A stretch of 64,000 nucleotides of DNA from positions 11,034-75,033 of the forward strand of contig JBJHCZ010000010.1 of the NCBI GenBank assembly GCA_050486285.1. The letters run 5' to 3'. The notes under the pieces were generated by a model that was given only the letters and a program-made list of their open reading frames with translations, did no database searches and was not told the origin of the DNA. Of this stretch, positions 11,012 to 19,805 are shown piece by piece. The first letter of the stretch is position 1. Each line of letters starts with the position of its first letter. Source of the stretch: Chromatiales bacterium. GTDB lineage: Bacteria > Pseudomonadota > Gammaproteobacteria > SZUA-140. The position numbers were made by a program, and so were the translations under genes.

Positions 11012-12100
11012 GTGGCGGATTCGGTGTTTCCTGATACCGCTGGCGGGCGTTTTGCTATAATGCGCGCTATGACACGGATTTCCCGTTATTTTCCTGTAGT
11101 CGCCGCGTTCTGCGCGCCGCTGATGCTGGCCGCTGCAGTAGCCGCCTGGGGCTACGGACAGCAGCGCCCGGCCATCGACGCGCTGCTGGACTTCGAGACC
11201 GGCGCATGGCTGGCGGGGACGTCGCCGCTGCGTCTGGAACAGGTTCAGGTTCGCGATGCGCGTGAACTCCGCCGGCTGTTCGCCGATCTGGATTATGCCT
11301 GGCCCCCGGCGCCCGGTCCGTCGATCCCCCGCATCGCCGTCGATCCCCTGCCCGAGGATTTCACCTGGCCCAGCAACATCGAGCACAAGAAGCGCATGTT
11401 TTTCAAGGTGCTGATGCCGCTGGCGCTCGCCGAGAACGCACGCGTGCTGCGCCAGCGCGAGGCGCTGGAGGCCGCGATCTCCGTGTTCGCGCGCGGTGAA
11501 GCAATCGATGAGGACCACCCCGCCTGGCAGCGGATCGCCGTCATGGCCCGCGACTACCAGCTCGACGGCGAGCCGGGCGATCCCGCGCTGCACGCGGCCC
11601 TGCGTCTGCGGGTCGATGTGGTGCCGGTCGAGCTGATGCTGGCGCAGGCGGCGAACGAGAGCGGCTGGGGGGATTCCCGCTTCGCGCGCGAGGGCAACAA
11701 CCTGTTCGGGCTATGGACCTACCAGCCCGGGAACGGCATCGTGCCGGCGTCCCGGCCGGAAGGGGAGACCTACGCAGTGCGTCGCTACGACACCCTGCGC
11801 GAGTCGGTGCGCTCACACATCTTCAACCTGAACATCGGCCATGCCTATGAGGATCTGCGGGCGATGCGCGCCGCGATGCGCGAGAGCGGCGAGGAACTCG
11901 ACGCCATGGCCCTCGCCGGCGGCCTCGAGCGTTATTCGATCCGCGGCCAGGAGTACATCGACGAGATCCGCGCGATCATCCGTTTCAACGACCTCACCAC
12001 CGCGGCCCGCGCGCAGTTGCGTGAGGCGCCGCGCGCCGTCAGGACGGCCTCCGCCGCGCATCCGGTCAATCTGCAGATAGCCTCAACCAGGGCTGACTGA
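11012..12100 (+). CDS. Bax-like protein with a mannosyl-glycoprotein endo-beta-N-acetylglucosaminidase domain
   Basis: LMLAQAANESGWGDSRFAREGNNLFGLW plus the downstream region resembles E. coli Bax and the FlgJ C-terminal glucosaminidase domain. The real start is probably ATG 11060 or 11069 (MTRISRYFPVVAAFCAPLMLAAAVAAWG signal-anchor). An extended -10 TGcTATAAT lies at 11053-11061. Confidence 0.75.
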   Translation: MADSVFPDTAGGRFAIMRAMTRISRYFPVVAAFCAPLMLAAAVAAWGYGQQRPAIDALLDFETGAWLAGTSPLRLEQVQVRDARELRRLFADLDYAWPPAPGPSIPRIAVDPLPEDFTWPSNIEHKKRMFFKVLMPLALAENARVLRQREALEAAISVFARGEAIDEDHPAWQRIAVMARDYQLDGEPGDPALHAALRLRVDVVPVELMLAQAANESGWGDSRFAREGNNLFGLWTYQPGNGIVPASRPEGETYAVRRYDTLRESVRSHIFNLNIGHAYEDLRAMRAAMRESGEELDAMALAGGLERYSIRGQEYIDEIRAIIRFNDLTTAARAQLREAPRAVRTASAAHPVNLQIASTRAD

Positions 12101-13124
12101 ACCAGTAGAACCGTCCCGCCTCCGGGGACGGCGCCGTGCAATTGTAGCGGCTGCGCCCGCGCGGCAAGGGCTCGGGGGCGCGGGTCGCGAAGGTCCGCGT
12201 CTCTCCCTCCACGCCTTCCACCGGTATTTTGCCGACCCGGCTCGCGAAACAGGCCAGTTCGCCGAGGCGCGCGTCGCTCTCGCCCAGGCGCATGACCAGG
12301 CGCGGCGCCGCGCGGGCATCGGTGACGACCGGATCCCAGGGCTCGTATTCGATGACCGGCAAGGCCCGGCTCGCGGCCTTGGAGCGGAATTCGCCGATCC
12401 CGGCAAAGGCCTCGGCCATCGGGAAACGCGGCAGCGCGCGGCGGTCGGACAGGGCGCCGATCGCGCCGGAATGCTGGCCGAAGGCGACATAACCGAGGTC
12501 GCGGACGAGGTCGGCAAGCGCGCGGTCGTACTCCCCGAACGGATACGCGAACAGCATCGGCGCCGAGCCGAGCTGCTCGATCAGGCGGGCCTGCGCCCGC
12601 TCGATGTCAGCGCTGACCCGGGCACGCCACGCGCGCTCGCTCTCGCCGGCCGCGCGGCGGACGAGATGGTCGTGGGTCGCCGTATGATTCGCGAAGGTGA
12701 CGCCGGCATCGTGCATCTCGCGTACCTGGTCCCAGTTCATGTAAGCGGCGAGCCCCTGATCGACCGGATCGGTCGCGATGAACACGGTGAACGGCCAGCC
12801 GCGCGCCCTGAGCCGCGGCCAGGCCTCGGTATGGATCGACAGGTAGGCGTCGTCGATCGTGATCGCGACCGTGCGGTCGGGAATCGGCTCGCCGGCCTCG
12901 AGGCGCGCGACGATCCATTCGAGCGAACGCACGGTATAGCCGGCCTCGGCCAGGTGCTGGAGATGGGCCTCGAACTGTTCGAGGCGGACGTTGGTGCTCG
13001 GAAAACCGGATTCACCGAAACGGTGGTACATGAAGGCGACCGCGTCGGCGTCCGCGTCGGCACTGTAGCCAAAAGACGACAGCAGCAGGGCCGCGGCGAG
13101 CCCGAATACCTTCCATGATCTCAT
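12066..13124 (-). CDS. polysaccharide deacetylase (NodB-homology) family protein, secreted
   Basis: Begins at ATG 13124 (MRSWKVFGLAAALLLSSFGYSADA signal peptide). Contains FMYHRF...TIDDAY...FANHTATHDHL motifs. The track ORF (to 13739) is an upstream over-extension. The 3' end overlaps the convergent Bax-like gene by 35 nt. Confidence 0.85.
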   Translation of the reverse strand: MRSWKVFGLAAALLLSSFGYSADADADAVAFMYHRFGESGFPSTNVRLEQFEAHLQHLAEAGYTVRSLEWIVARLEAGEPIPDRTVAITIDDAYLSIHTEAWPRLRARGWPFTVFIATDPVDQGLAAYMNWDQVREMHDAGVTFANHTATHDHLVRRAAGESERAWRARVSADIERAQARLIEQLGSAPMLFAYPFGEYDRALADLVRDLGYVAFGQHSGAIGALSDRRALPRFPMAEAFAGIGEFRSKAASRALPVIEYEPWDPVVTDARAAPRLVMRLGESDARLGELACFASRVGKIPVEGVEGETRTFATRAPEPLPRGRSRYNCTAPSPEAGRFYWFSQPWLRLSAD

Positions 13125-13250
13125 TGAATGCTCCGGGGTTTTCAAGTGGACGGCGGGTATCGGCTTGATTCGCTGAAATATCGTGGCAGACAGCCATACA
13201 CGTTTGTTACCATAGCACCGGTCCATTTCAACGGCAAAAGGCAACATCCG

Positions 13251-13937
13251 ATGAGCATCGCACGACTCGGCACAGCCATTGCGCTGACGGCCGCACTGAC
13301 GACGGTCTGGCCCGCGCTGGTCGCGGCGCAGACCCTGAATACCGACAAGGAGAAGTTCAGCTACACCGTGGGCTTCCAGATCGGCCAGAGCCTGAAGGAA
13401 GATGGTCTCGATATCGACGTCGGCGCGCTGAGCCAGGCAATCCGCGACGTCATGGCCGGCACCGAGCCGCGCCTGTCGATGGAAGCGATGCAGGCCGCGG
13501 TCCAGGCCTTCCAGATGCAGCAGATGGAGGCACGTGAAATGAGCGCCCGTGACAATCTCCGCGCCGGCCAGGCATTCCTCGCCGAGAATCGTTCGAAGGC
13601 GGGCGTCGTCGAAACCCGCAGCGGATTGCAGTACCAGGTCATCCAGGAAGGCAACGGCAAGCAGCCGTCCGATACCGATACCGTCAGGGTCCATTACCGC
13701 GGTACGCTGATCGACGGCACCGAGTTCGACAGCTCCCATCGTCGCGGCGAGCCGGCGACCTTCCCGGTCAACGCGGTCATCCCCGGCTGGCGCGAAGTGT
13801 TGCCGCTGATGAAGGCAGGATCGAAGTGGAAGGTGTACATCCCCGCAGATCTCGCCTATGGCGAGCGCGGCGCCGGTCCGAACATCGGTCCCAACGAAAC
13901 CCTGGTGTTCGATATCGAACTGCTGGCGGTCGAGTAG
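13251..13937 (+). CDS. FKBP-type peptidyl-prolyl cis-trans isomerase (Mip/FkpA-like), periplasmic
   Basis: MSIARLGTAIALTAALTTVWPALVAAQ signal peptide, a dimerisation helix region, and a C-terminal FKBP domain (VRVHYRGTLIDGTEFDSS...IPGWREVLPLMKAGSKWKVYIPADLAYGERG). ATG 13251 chosen; the track ORF starts at 13128. Confidence 0.92.
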   Translation: MSIARLGTAIALTAALTTVWPALVAAQTLNTDKEKFSYTVGFQIGQSLKEDGLDIDVGALSQAIRDVMAGTEPRLSMEAMQAAVQAFQMQQMEAREMSARDNLRAGQAFLAENRSKAGVVETRSGLQYQVIQEGNGKQPSDTDTVRVHYRGTLIDGTEFDSSHRRGEPATFPVNAVIPGWREVLPLMKAGSKWKVYIPADLAYGERGAGPNIGPNETLVFDIELLAVE

Positions 13938-13946
13938 GCTAACCGC

Positions 13947-15290
13947 TCAGCGCGGCATCGCCAGCGGCAGTCCGTCGCCGCCGGTATCATTTCTCCTGAC
14001 ACGATTGCGGCCGCCGGTCTTCGCGAGATACATCGCGCGATCGGCGGCCTCGATCAACTGCCTCGGAGTGAGGATCTTGTCCGAGGTCGTCGCCACCCCG
14101 ATACTCAGCGTCAGTTGCAGTTTTTCGCCCTCATCCGTCAGCAGGGGATGGCTGGCGATCTGCTTGCGGATGCGCTCGGCCAGGATCATCGCTTCCTCGA
14201 TCGGCGTCTCGGGCAGCAGCGCCGCGAGTTCGTCGCCGCCGTAGCGGGCGACGACATCCCCCTTGCGGCTGATCGCATTGATCACCGTGGCGGCCATCTG
14301 CAAGGCCGCGTCCCCGGCGAGATGACCGTATGAGTCGTTTATTTCCTTGAACTTGTCGATGTCTATCAGCAGCATCGACAGCGGATGCAGATAGCGTTGC
14401 GCGCGATGCAGCTCTTCTTCGAGTAATCGTTCGAATTCCCGCCGGTTGTAAAGATTGGTCAGGCCGTCGCGGATCGCCAGGTTCGCCAGCTTGACCTGGT
14501 CCTGTTCCAGGCGTCCGGCCATCTCGTTGATGCCTCGCGCCAGCTCGCCGAGTTCGTTTTGCGCGTCATGCGCGATGCGGTGGGACAACTCGCCGCGACC
14601 ATAACGGGCGATGCCCTCGTTCAGCAGGCGCAGGGGACGCAGCACATGGCGCGCGAGCGTCAGGCTGGCGATCGAGAAGATCAGCAGGGCGCAGCTGAAG
14701 CACAGGAACATTACGATAGCCATCGACCGGTGCCAACCGGAGACGATCCGCCGGTATTCCTCGATTCCCCTGATACGGAGGTTCTGGGATTCGAACAGCA
14801 TGCTGGTAACGGTGGTGGTGTGGTTCTGGAACATATCGCTGGCGTAAATCAGGTCTCCGCTATCGACCGGTGACTGGTTCTTGATCGTGAAGATCGCGCG
14901 CGCGACATTGAGGGCCGCCTTCCATTCGTCACGGGCATTCACGAGCAGCTTGTGCTGCTCTTCAGACAGGGTCGTCTCACGGAGGATGTCCTCGAAGGCG
15001 GTTTCGACGTCGTCGGCGCGTTGCTCGAACAGGTCCGATTCGTGCGGATTGCCCCAGGCGAGATAGTTATAGATCGGCTCGACGGTGGACAGCGTACCGT
15101 CGCGCAGCGCGACGAGTTGGCGGAGTTCCACCAGTTCGCGGTCGGCGAGTTCATTGTAATGGGTGATCGTCGTCTTCAGGGCCAGCCACGACGTCACCAG
15201 CAAAAACAGGATCAGCAGCAGCATCCCGGTCAGATAGACGGTGAAATGCCCGCGCAGGGAGAGCGACCTGTGGCGAAGTGAATTCACCAT
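13947..15290 (-). CDS. membrane sensor diguanylate cyclase (HAMP plus GGDEF domain; the motif reads GGDEL)
   Basis: 447-aa ORF with an N-terminal TM and periplasmic-type sensor region, a second TM, HAMP (LRPLRLLNEGIARYGRGEL...), then DGLTNLYNRREFE...RKGDVVARYGGDELAALL with an RxxD I-site. Confidence 0.9.
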   Translation of the reverse strand: MVNSLRHRSLSLRGHFTVYLTGMLLLILFLLVTSWLALKTTITHYNELADRELVELRQLVALRDGTLSTVEPIYNYLAWGNPHESDLFEQRADDVETAFEDILRETTLSEEQHKLLVNARDEWKAALNVARAIFTIKNQSPVDSGDLIYASDMFQNHTTTVTSMLFESQNLRIRGIEEYRRIVSGWHRSMAIVMFLCFSCALLIFSIASLTLARHVLRPLRLLNEGIARYGRGELSHRIAHDAQNELGELARGINEMAGRLEQDQVKLANLAIRDGLTNLYNRREFERLLEEELHRAQRYLHPLSMLLIDIDKFKEINDSYGHLAGDAALQMAATVINAISRKGDVVARYGGDELAALLPETPIEEAMILAERIRKQIASHPLLTDEGEKLQLTLSIGVATTSDKILTPRQLIEAADRAMYLAKTGGRNRVRRNDTGGDGLPLAMPR

Positions 15291-15403
15291 CTCATTGAAT
15301 TCCTGACATTAATATCCCGGACCGTCTGGTGGATGCACCCCCTACATATCGGTCCCCGGGCGGGAAATCTTAGGGGCCTGGCCGGGACGGCCTATCCCCG
15401 GCC

Positions 15404-15877
15404 TCAGGCCGTGAGCAGGGTCAGGTGGTAGCAGGCCAGCGCGGCGTACAGCGCGAGGACGACATGAAGGACGTCTCCGCCGCGCAGACGGAAGAAGCGG
15501 AAGCGGCGGTGGGCGACGATGAATAATACGCAGATCGCGGTGATCGCCAGCTTGACCGCAACGAACAGCGTCGCGTCGATGGCGATCAGTGCGTCCATGA
15601 CCGGATTGAGCTCGATCGCGCCGCGCTGGAGCAGGAGCAGCGTGAACAGGGCATCGGCGGAGGAGAGCAGCAGGATCGCGATCGTGACGGCGGCGGTGAC
15701 CGGCTCGACGATGTCGAGGTAACGGTCCGTGCCGGCCTCGTCCATCCGGCGGAATGCCAGGCGGCGGCCCCGATACAGGCTGTGCAGCAGCGTACGCGGC
15801 GAGTTGCGGCGTCGATCCGGCGCATCGCGCCGGTTGCTGGCTGCGGTCACGGAGGCCAATGCCGGCGTTACGGCCAC
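15404..15877 (-). CDS. DUF5658-type small membrane protein
   Basis: Arg-rich N-terminus ([15 protein letters not shown]...GRRLAFRR) followed by three hydrophobic helices and an ELNPVM motif. GTG 15877 has GGAGG 7 nt upstream. The track's ATG 15943 is an alternative start. Confidence 0.6.
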   Translation of the reverse strand: MAVTPALASVTAASNRRDAPDRRRNSPRTLLHSLYRGRRLAFRRMDEAGTDRYLDIVEPVTAAVTIAILLLSSADALFTLLLLQRGAIELNPVMDALIAIDATLFVAVKLAITAICVLFIVAHRRFRFFRLRGGDVLHVVLALYAALACYHLTLLTA

Positions 15878-15960
15878 GAGCGATCCTCCCCTGTGGTATA
15901 TCCGATGCTGGATGGGACCATTATAATGCCAGACTTTTGTCACAGCCCGGAATCTTCGCG

Positions 15961-17538
15961 ATGCCCCTGAACCCCGAAACGGCCCGCCGCCGCACCTTTG
16001 CGATCATCTCGCACCCGGACGCCGGCAAGACCACGCTGACCGAGAAGCTGCTGCTGTTCGGCGGCGCAATCCAGCTCGCCGGCGCGGTCAAGGGGCGCAA
16101 GGCCGCGCGCCACGCGACCTCGGACTGGATGGCGCTGGAACAGCAGCGCGGGATCTCGGTGACGACCTCGGTGCTGCAGTTCCCGTATCACGACGCCGTC
16201 ATCAACCTGCTCGACACCCCCGGCCACCAGGATTTCTCCGAGGACACCTACCGCGTGCTGACCGCGGTCGATTCGGCGCTGATGGTCATCGACAGCGCGA
16301 AGGGCGTCGAGGAACGCACGATCAAACTGATGGAGGTATGCCGCTTGCGCGACACGCCGATCATCACCTTCATCAACAAGCTCGACCGCGAGGGGCGGCC
16401 GCCGGTCGATCTGATCGACGAGATCGAGGCGGTGCTGAAGATGCCGTGCGCGCCGGTGACCTGGCCGATCGGCATGGGCAAGGGCTTCAAGGGCGTGTTC
16501 GACCTGCTCCATGACCGCGTGCAGCTGTTCAGCCCGACCCACGGCGGCCGCATCAAGAGCGGCGAGATCATCGAGGGCATCGGCAATCCGCGCCTCGACG
16601 AACTGCTCGGCACGGTCGCGGCCGAACTGCGCGAGGAAGTCGAGCTGGTGCGCGGCGCCAGCCAGGCCTTCGATCTCGACGCCTATCGCAGGGGCCGCCA
16701 GACCCCGGTGTTCTTCGGTTCGGCGATCAACAACTTCGGCATCCGCGAACTGCTCGACGCCTTCGTCGGCTGGGCGCCGGGTCCGCTGTCGCGGCCGACC
16801 GTGACGCGGATCGTCACGCCGGACGAGGACAAGTTCACCGGTTTTGTATTCAAGATCCAGGCGAATATGGATCCGGCGCACCGCGACCGCATCGCCTTCC
16901 TGCGTATCTGTTCGGGAAAATACACGCGCGGCATGAAGGTCTGGCATACGCGGCTCAAGCGCCAGGTGCAGATCCCGAACGCGATCACCTTCATGGCCTC
17001 GGAACGCGAACACGCCGACGAGGCCTGGCCCGGCGACATCATCGGCATCCACAACCACGGCACCATCGTCATCGGCGATACCTTCACCCAGGGCGAGGAC
17101 CTGAAGTTCACCGGCATCCCGGACTTCGCGCCGGAGCTGTTCCGTCGCGTCGTACTGCGCGACCCGATGAAGATGAAGGCGCTGCAGAAGGGTGTCGACC
17201 AGTTGTCGGAGGAGGGCGCGACCCGCGTGTTCCGCCCGCTGCTCGGCAACGACATCGTCATCGGCGCCGTCGGGGTCTTGCAGTTCGACGTCGTCGCGTA
17301 CCGGCTCAAGCACGAGTATTCGGTCGACTGCGCCTACGACAACGTCCAGGTCGCGACCGCGCGCTGGGTCAACTGCAAGGATGAAAAGAAACTCACCGAA
17401 TTCCGCAACAAGCTCCCCGAGCATCTCGCGCTCGACAGCGGCGGGGCGCTGGTCTATCTCGCGCCGACGCGCGTCAACCTGCAACTGACGATGGAGCGCT
17501 GGCCGGAGATCGAGTTTCGGGCGACGCGGGAGCATTGA
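15961..17538 (+). CDS. prfC: peptide chain release factor 3
   Basis: [74 protein letters not shown], canonical RF3 GTPase. ATG 15961; the track ORF over-extends to 15754. Confidence 0.96.
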   Translation: MPLNPETARRRTFAIISHPDAGKTTLTEKLLLFGGAIQLAGAVKGRKAARHATSDWMALEQQRGISVTTSVLQFPYHDAVINLLDTPGHQDFSEDTYRVLTAVDSALMVIDSAKGVEERTIKLMEVCRLRDTPIITFINKLDREGRPPVDLIDEIEAVLKMPCAPVTWPIGMGKGFKGVFDLLHDRVQLFSPTHGGRIKSGEIIEGIGNPRLDELLGTVAAELREEVELVRGASQAFDLDAYRRGRQTPVFFGSAINNFGIRELLDAFVGWAPGPLSRPTVTRIVTPDEDKFTGFVFKIQANMDPAHRDRIAFLRICSGKYTRGMKVWHTRLKRQVQIPNAITFMASEREHADEAWPGDIIGIHNHGTIVIGDTFTQGEDLKFTGIPDFAPELFRRVVLRDPMKMKALQKGVDQLSEEGATRVFRPLLGNDIVIGAVGVLQFDVVAYRLKHEYSVDCAYDNVQVATARWVNCKDEKKLTEFRNKLPEHLALDSGGALVYLAPTRVNLQLTMERWPEIEFRATREH

Positions 17539-17942
17539 TGCCTGTGTCGCGCCCAGCTTTTGCAGGCCCGCGATACTGATCCACGCGCGGTGCGAACAAT
17601 GCTATACGGAATCGGGATGGCATCGGCGAGCTGACGTTACACCGAGGTTCCATCTCGCCGTCACGGCGCGCCTTCATGGAGTATCCAGCGATGTCTCGGG
17701 GCCGAAATCGGCCGGATGAATGGCTGCGCGCGCAGCAGGTGTCAGCGTGTGAAAGCAGATTTAATACCTTGTTTTACAAGTGCGATTGAATATTGGTTCC
17801 CGGAATCGTTATTCGCGAACGGTGCGGTTGTTACCCGGCATGACGGAATTCCGTCTTCATCCATGAGAGTCTTGAAGGTATCCTAGCGAAAAGGACAGGG
17901 GCGGGGGAAGGCTGGTCTGTGCTACACGGCATCGGCCTATCT

Positions 17943-17971
17943 TTGATATTCCCGCATCCACCTAATATTAA
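17943..17971 (+). promoter_or_regulatory. putative sigma70 promoter in front of the 345-aa ORF
   Basis: TTGATA (17943-17948), 17-nt spacer, TATTAA (17966-17971), directly abutting the GTTGGGC core at 17973. Sequence prediction only. Confidence 0.3.
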
Positions 17972-18012
17972 TGTTGGGCACCGTAAACCCTAGTCCAAGG
18001 TAGAGGGAACGA

Positions 18013-19050
18013 ATGTCATCGGACGACGAAATGAATCTCCTAATGGAGCAGCACCAAAAGGCTATGGCCGAGCGCGCTCGTTCTGAACTCGAAAGATCAT
18101 CCCATTTGATAGAGAGATTTACAGAAATAGCGGCGATCAGAGGAGTTTCCCTCTCTCCAGATTCATTTAGCTATATTCCAAAGATTGGAATCGTTGCCTC
18201 AGCCCCGGGACTTGCCAAGGACCTTTTGGGATTTGCCGCGACAGAAAGAGATGGCCTGTTCGCATACGACGATATCGCGGCGCGCTTTCCGCCGAGTCAG
18301 TTCAGAGAAGGTTACTTCATTGGGCATGACTACATGCTTATGGCTCACCCGTACTATAGGCGCGGAATGCACCCACTGAATAACTGGGCGCCAAGATTTA
18401 TTAGCCTTTTCTGGGGGTTGGATTCGCGGAGTATCAAGAAATTCATCGCCATTGATGAGGACCGCGTACGAATCAACGTCGACAACTCTGCCTATGTAGA
18501 ATTGGATACTTGGTATGGCGCGCCATTCAACGAAGACATCAGCAGGATAAAAGAAGGGACAGTAAAGCTAAGGCCGCCCGCCGATCTTGATGCGCGCTAT
18601 GTAGACCTATTGTTCGACCAGGCTTACTGCCTTGACATCAAATGGGGCGAAGCGAGGGAAATCAAGACATTCCAGGCGCTTGAGATCAAGACGCACGACG
18701 CCAATCTCTTCATCGATGGAAAAACGCTATTCCCCGCACGTTATCTGCACGCGGAATTCGACTTGTTAAGAGGCACGTTCAGGCATTTTGATGGGGCGAT
18801 CCAGCTATTTACTGAAGATGAATATCTTCGCCGCCGCGACGCTGATTTCAACTTTCCATCAAAGAACATTGAACACATTAAGGCAAGGTCAAGGAAAGTC
18901 TTCAAGCTCAACGGCGCAATACCTGTCAAGACTTGGGTAGAGCTCTGTTGCCACTTTTTCACTGGGAACCCCCTTACCTTCGAGTATTTCAATGGTTCTT
19001 ATCCGGAGCACATCACCGACATCGTTGATAAGGTAAGGGCGCGTTCCTGA
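18013..19050 (+). CDS. hypothetical protein, 345 aa, no family recognised (cassette ORFan)
   Basis: Long uninterrupted ORF in an AT-richer region where spurious ORFs are unlikely. GAGGGA lies upstream of ATG 18013. No signal peptide or TM segment, and no motif I can name. Confidence 0.75.
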   Translation: MSSDDEMNLLMEQHQKAMAERARSELERSSHLIERFTEIAAIRGVSLSPDSFSYIPKIGIVASAPGLAKDLLGFAATERDGLFAYDDIAARFPPSQFREGYFIGHDYMLMAHPYYRRGMHPLNNWAPRFISLFWGLDSRSIKKFIAIDEDRVRINVDNSAYVELDTWYGAPFNEDISRIKEGTVKLRPPADLDARYVDLLFDQAYCLDIKWGEAREIKTFQALEIKTHDANLFIDGKTLFPARYLHAEFDLLRGTFRHFDGAIQLFTEDEYLRRRDADFNFPSKNIEHIKARSRKVFKLNGAIPVKTWVELCCHFFTGNPLTFEYFNGSYPEHITDIVDKVRARS

Positions 19051-19062
19051 TGACTCATCGGT

Positions 19063-19129
19063 GCCCAACACATCATTCCACCGGACCTGCCGCCTATCCG
19101 CGGCGCGCCGGAGAATTCAGACGTTGGGC
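19063..19129 (+). other. attC-like recombination site 1 (67 bp)
   Basis: R'' GCCCAAC 19063-19069 and R' GTTGGGC 19123-19129 (perfect 7-bp complement). Unpaired spacers ACATCA / TTCAGAC. L-box-like TTCCACCGG / CCGGAGAA with bulged bases. Terminal stem GCCGC/GCGGC. Confidence 0.5.
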
Positions 19130-19142
19130 AGAATAGTCACGC

Positions 19143-19171
19143 TTGACGATAATCACGCTACGCGATACTAT
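19143..19171 (+). promoter_or_regulatory. putative higBA promoter, possibly giving a leaderless transcript
   Basis: TTGACG (19143-19148), 17-nt spacer, TACTAT (19166-19171). The higB ATG at 19177 lies only 5 nt after the -10 and has no SD. A direct repeat TCACGCT (19137-19143 and 19153-19159) flanks the -35 and may be an operator. Confidence 0.45.
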
Positions 19172-19176
19172 TTGGT

Positions 19177-19455
19177 ATGATTAGATCGTTTAAGTGCTCT
19201 GACACAGAATCTTTGTCTAGAGGAATTCGCGTAAGGCGGTTTGTGAATATTGCGGCAGTGGCTCGACGAAAATTGCGGCAGATGGAGATCGCTAGCCGGT
19301 TGGATGATCTGAAGGTCCCGCCCGGGAACCGACTAGAGGCCCTTAAGGGCAAGCGTTCTGGCCAGTACAGCATCCGAATAAACGATCAATGGCGCGTCTG
19401 TTTCCGATGGTCGGAGGCGGGAGCGGAAGAAGTTGAGATCGTAGATTACCACTGA
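19177..19455 (+). CDS. higB: HigB-family toxin (plasmid maintenance system killer protein, RelE/ParE superfamily)
   Basis: 92 aa: MIRSFKCSDTESL...PPGNRLEALKGKRSGQYSIRINDQWRVCFRWSEAGAEEVEIVDYH, a typical HigB pattern ending in DYH. Confidence 0.9.
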   Translation: MIRSFKCSDTESLSRGIRVRRFVNIAAVARRKLRQMEIASRLDDLKVPPGNRLEALKGKRSGQYSIRINDQWRVCFRWSEAGAEEVEIVDYH

Positions 19456-19466
19456 GGTAAATAATT

Positions 19467-19805
19467 ATGAGAAAACTTGAGCCCGTTACACCTGGCGAGC
19501 TTCTGTCAGAGGAGTTTCTCAAGCCAATGGCACTGAGCCAGTATCGACTGGCCAAAGAAATTGATGTGCCTGCGCAGCGTATCAGTGAGATTGTTGCAGG
19601 TAAACGAACGATCACTGCTGACACTGATTTGCGGTTATGCCGGTTCTTTGGTTTGTCTGCTGGTTATTGGCTACGAGCCCAGGCAGCCTTCGATACAGAG
19701 GTTGCGGAGCGTCAGATGGGGCCAGTGCTGAGAAGAATTAAGCCTTGGGTTGCAGATGCTGCCCAACAAGGCGCTCCAGCTGATGCCGCAAAGCGGCGCA
19801 GCTGA
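19467..19805 (+). CDS. higA: HigA-family antitoxin (XRE-type HTH)
   Basis: 112 aa: TPGELLSEEFLKPMALSQYRLAKEIDVPAQRISEIVAGKRTITADTDLRLCRFFGLSAGYWLRAQAAFD, a typical HigA/VapI antidote. It starts 12 nt after higB. Confidence 0.9.
   Translation: MRKLEPVTPGELLSEEFLKPMALSQYRLAKEIDVPAQRISEIVAGKRTITADTDLRLCRFFGLSAGYWLRAQAAFDTEVAERQMGPVLRRIKPWVADAAQQGAPADAAKRRS

Noticed and set aside
17474-17760. G+C-rich non-coding stretch after prfC (including the 67-aa minus-strand ORF), examined as a possible intI or SRPBCC 5' remnant
   Set aside because: I translated all six frames by eye. No tyrosine-recombinase boxes (R...HxxR...Y) and no SRPBCC N-terminal pattern were recognisable. This cannot be excluded without BLASTX.
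17972-19070. 12-bp perfect inverted repeat TGTTGGGCACCG / CGGTGCCCAACA flanking the 345-aa ORF, considered as terminal inverted repeats of an IS/MITE
   Set aside because: There is no transposase and no target-site duplication. The repeat is better explained as an integron-type core (GTTGGGC) and inverse core (GCCCAAC), because a third and fourth copy occur in attC-like arrangements at 19123 and 19761/19814.
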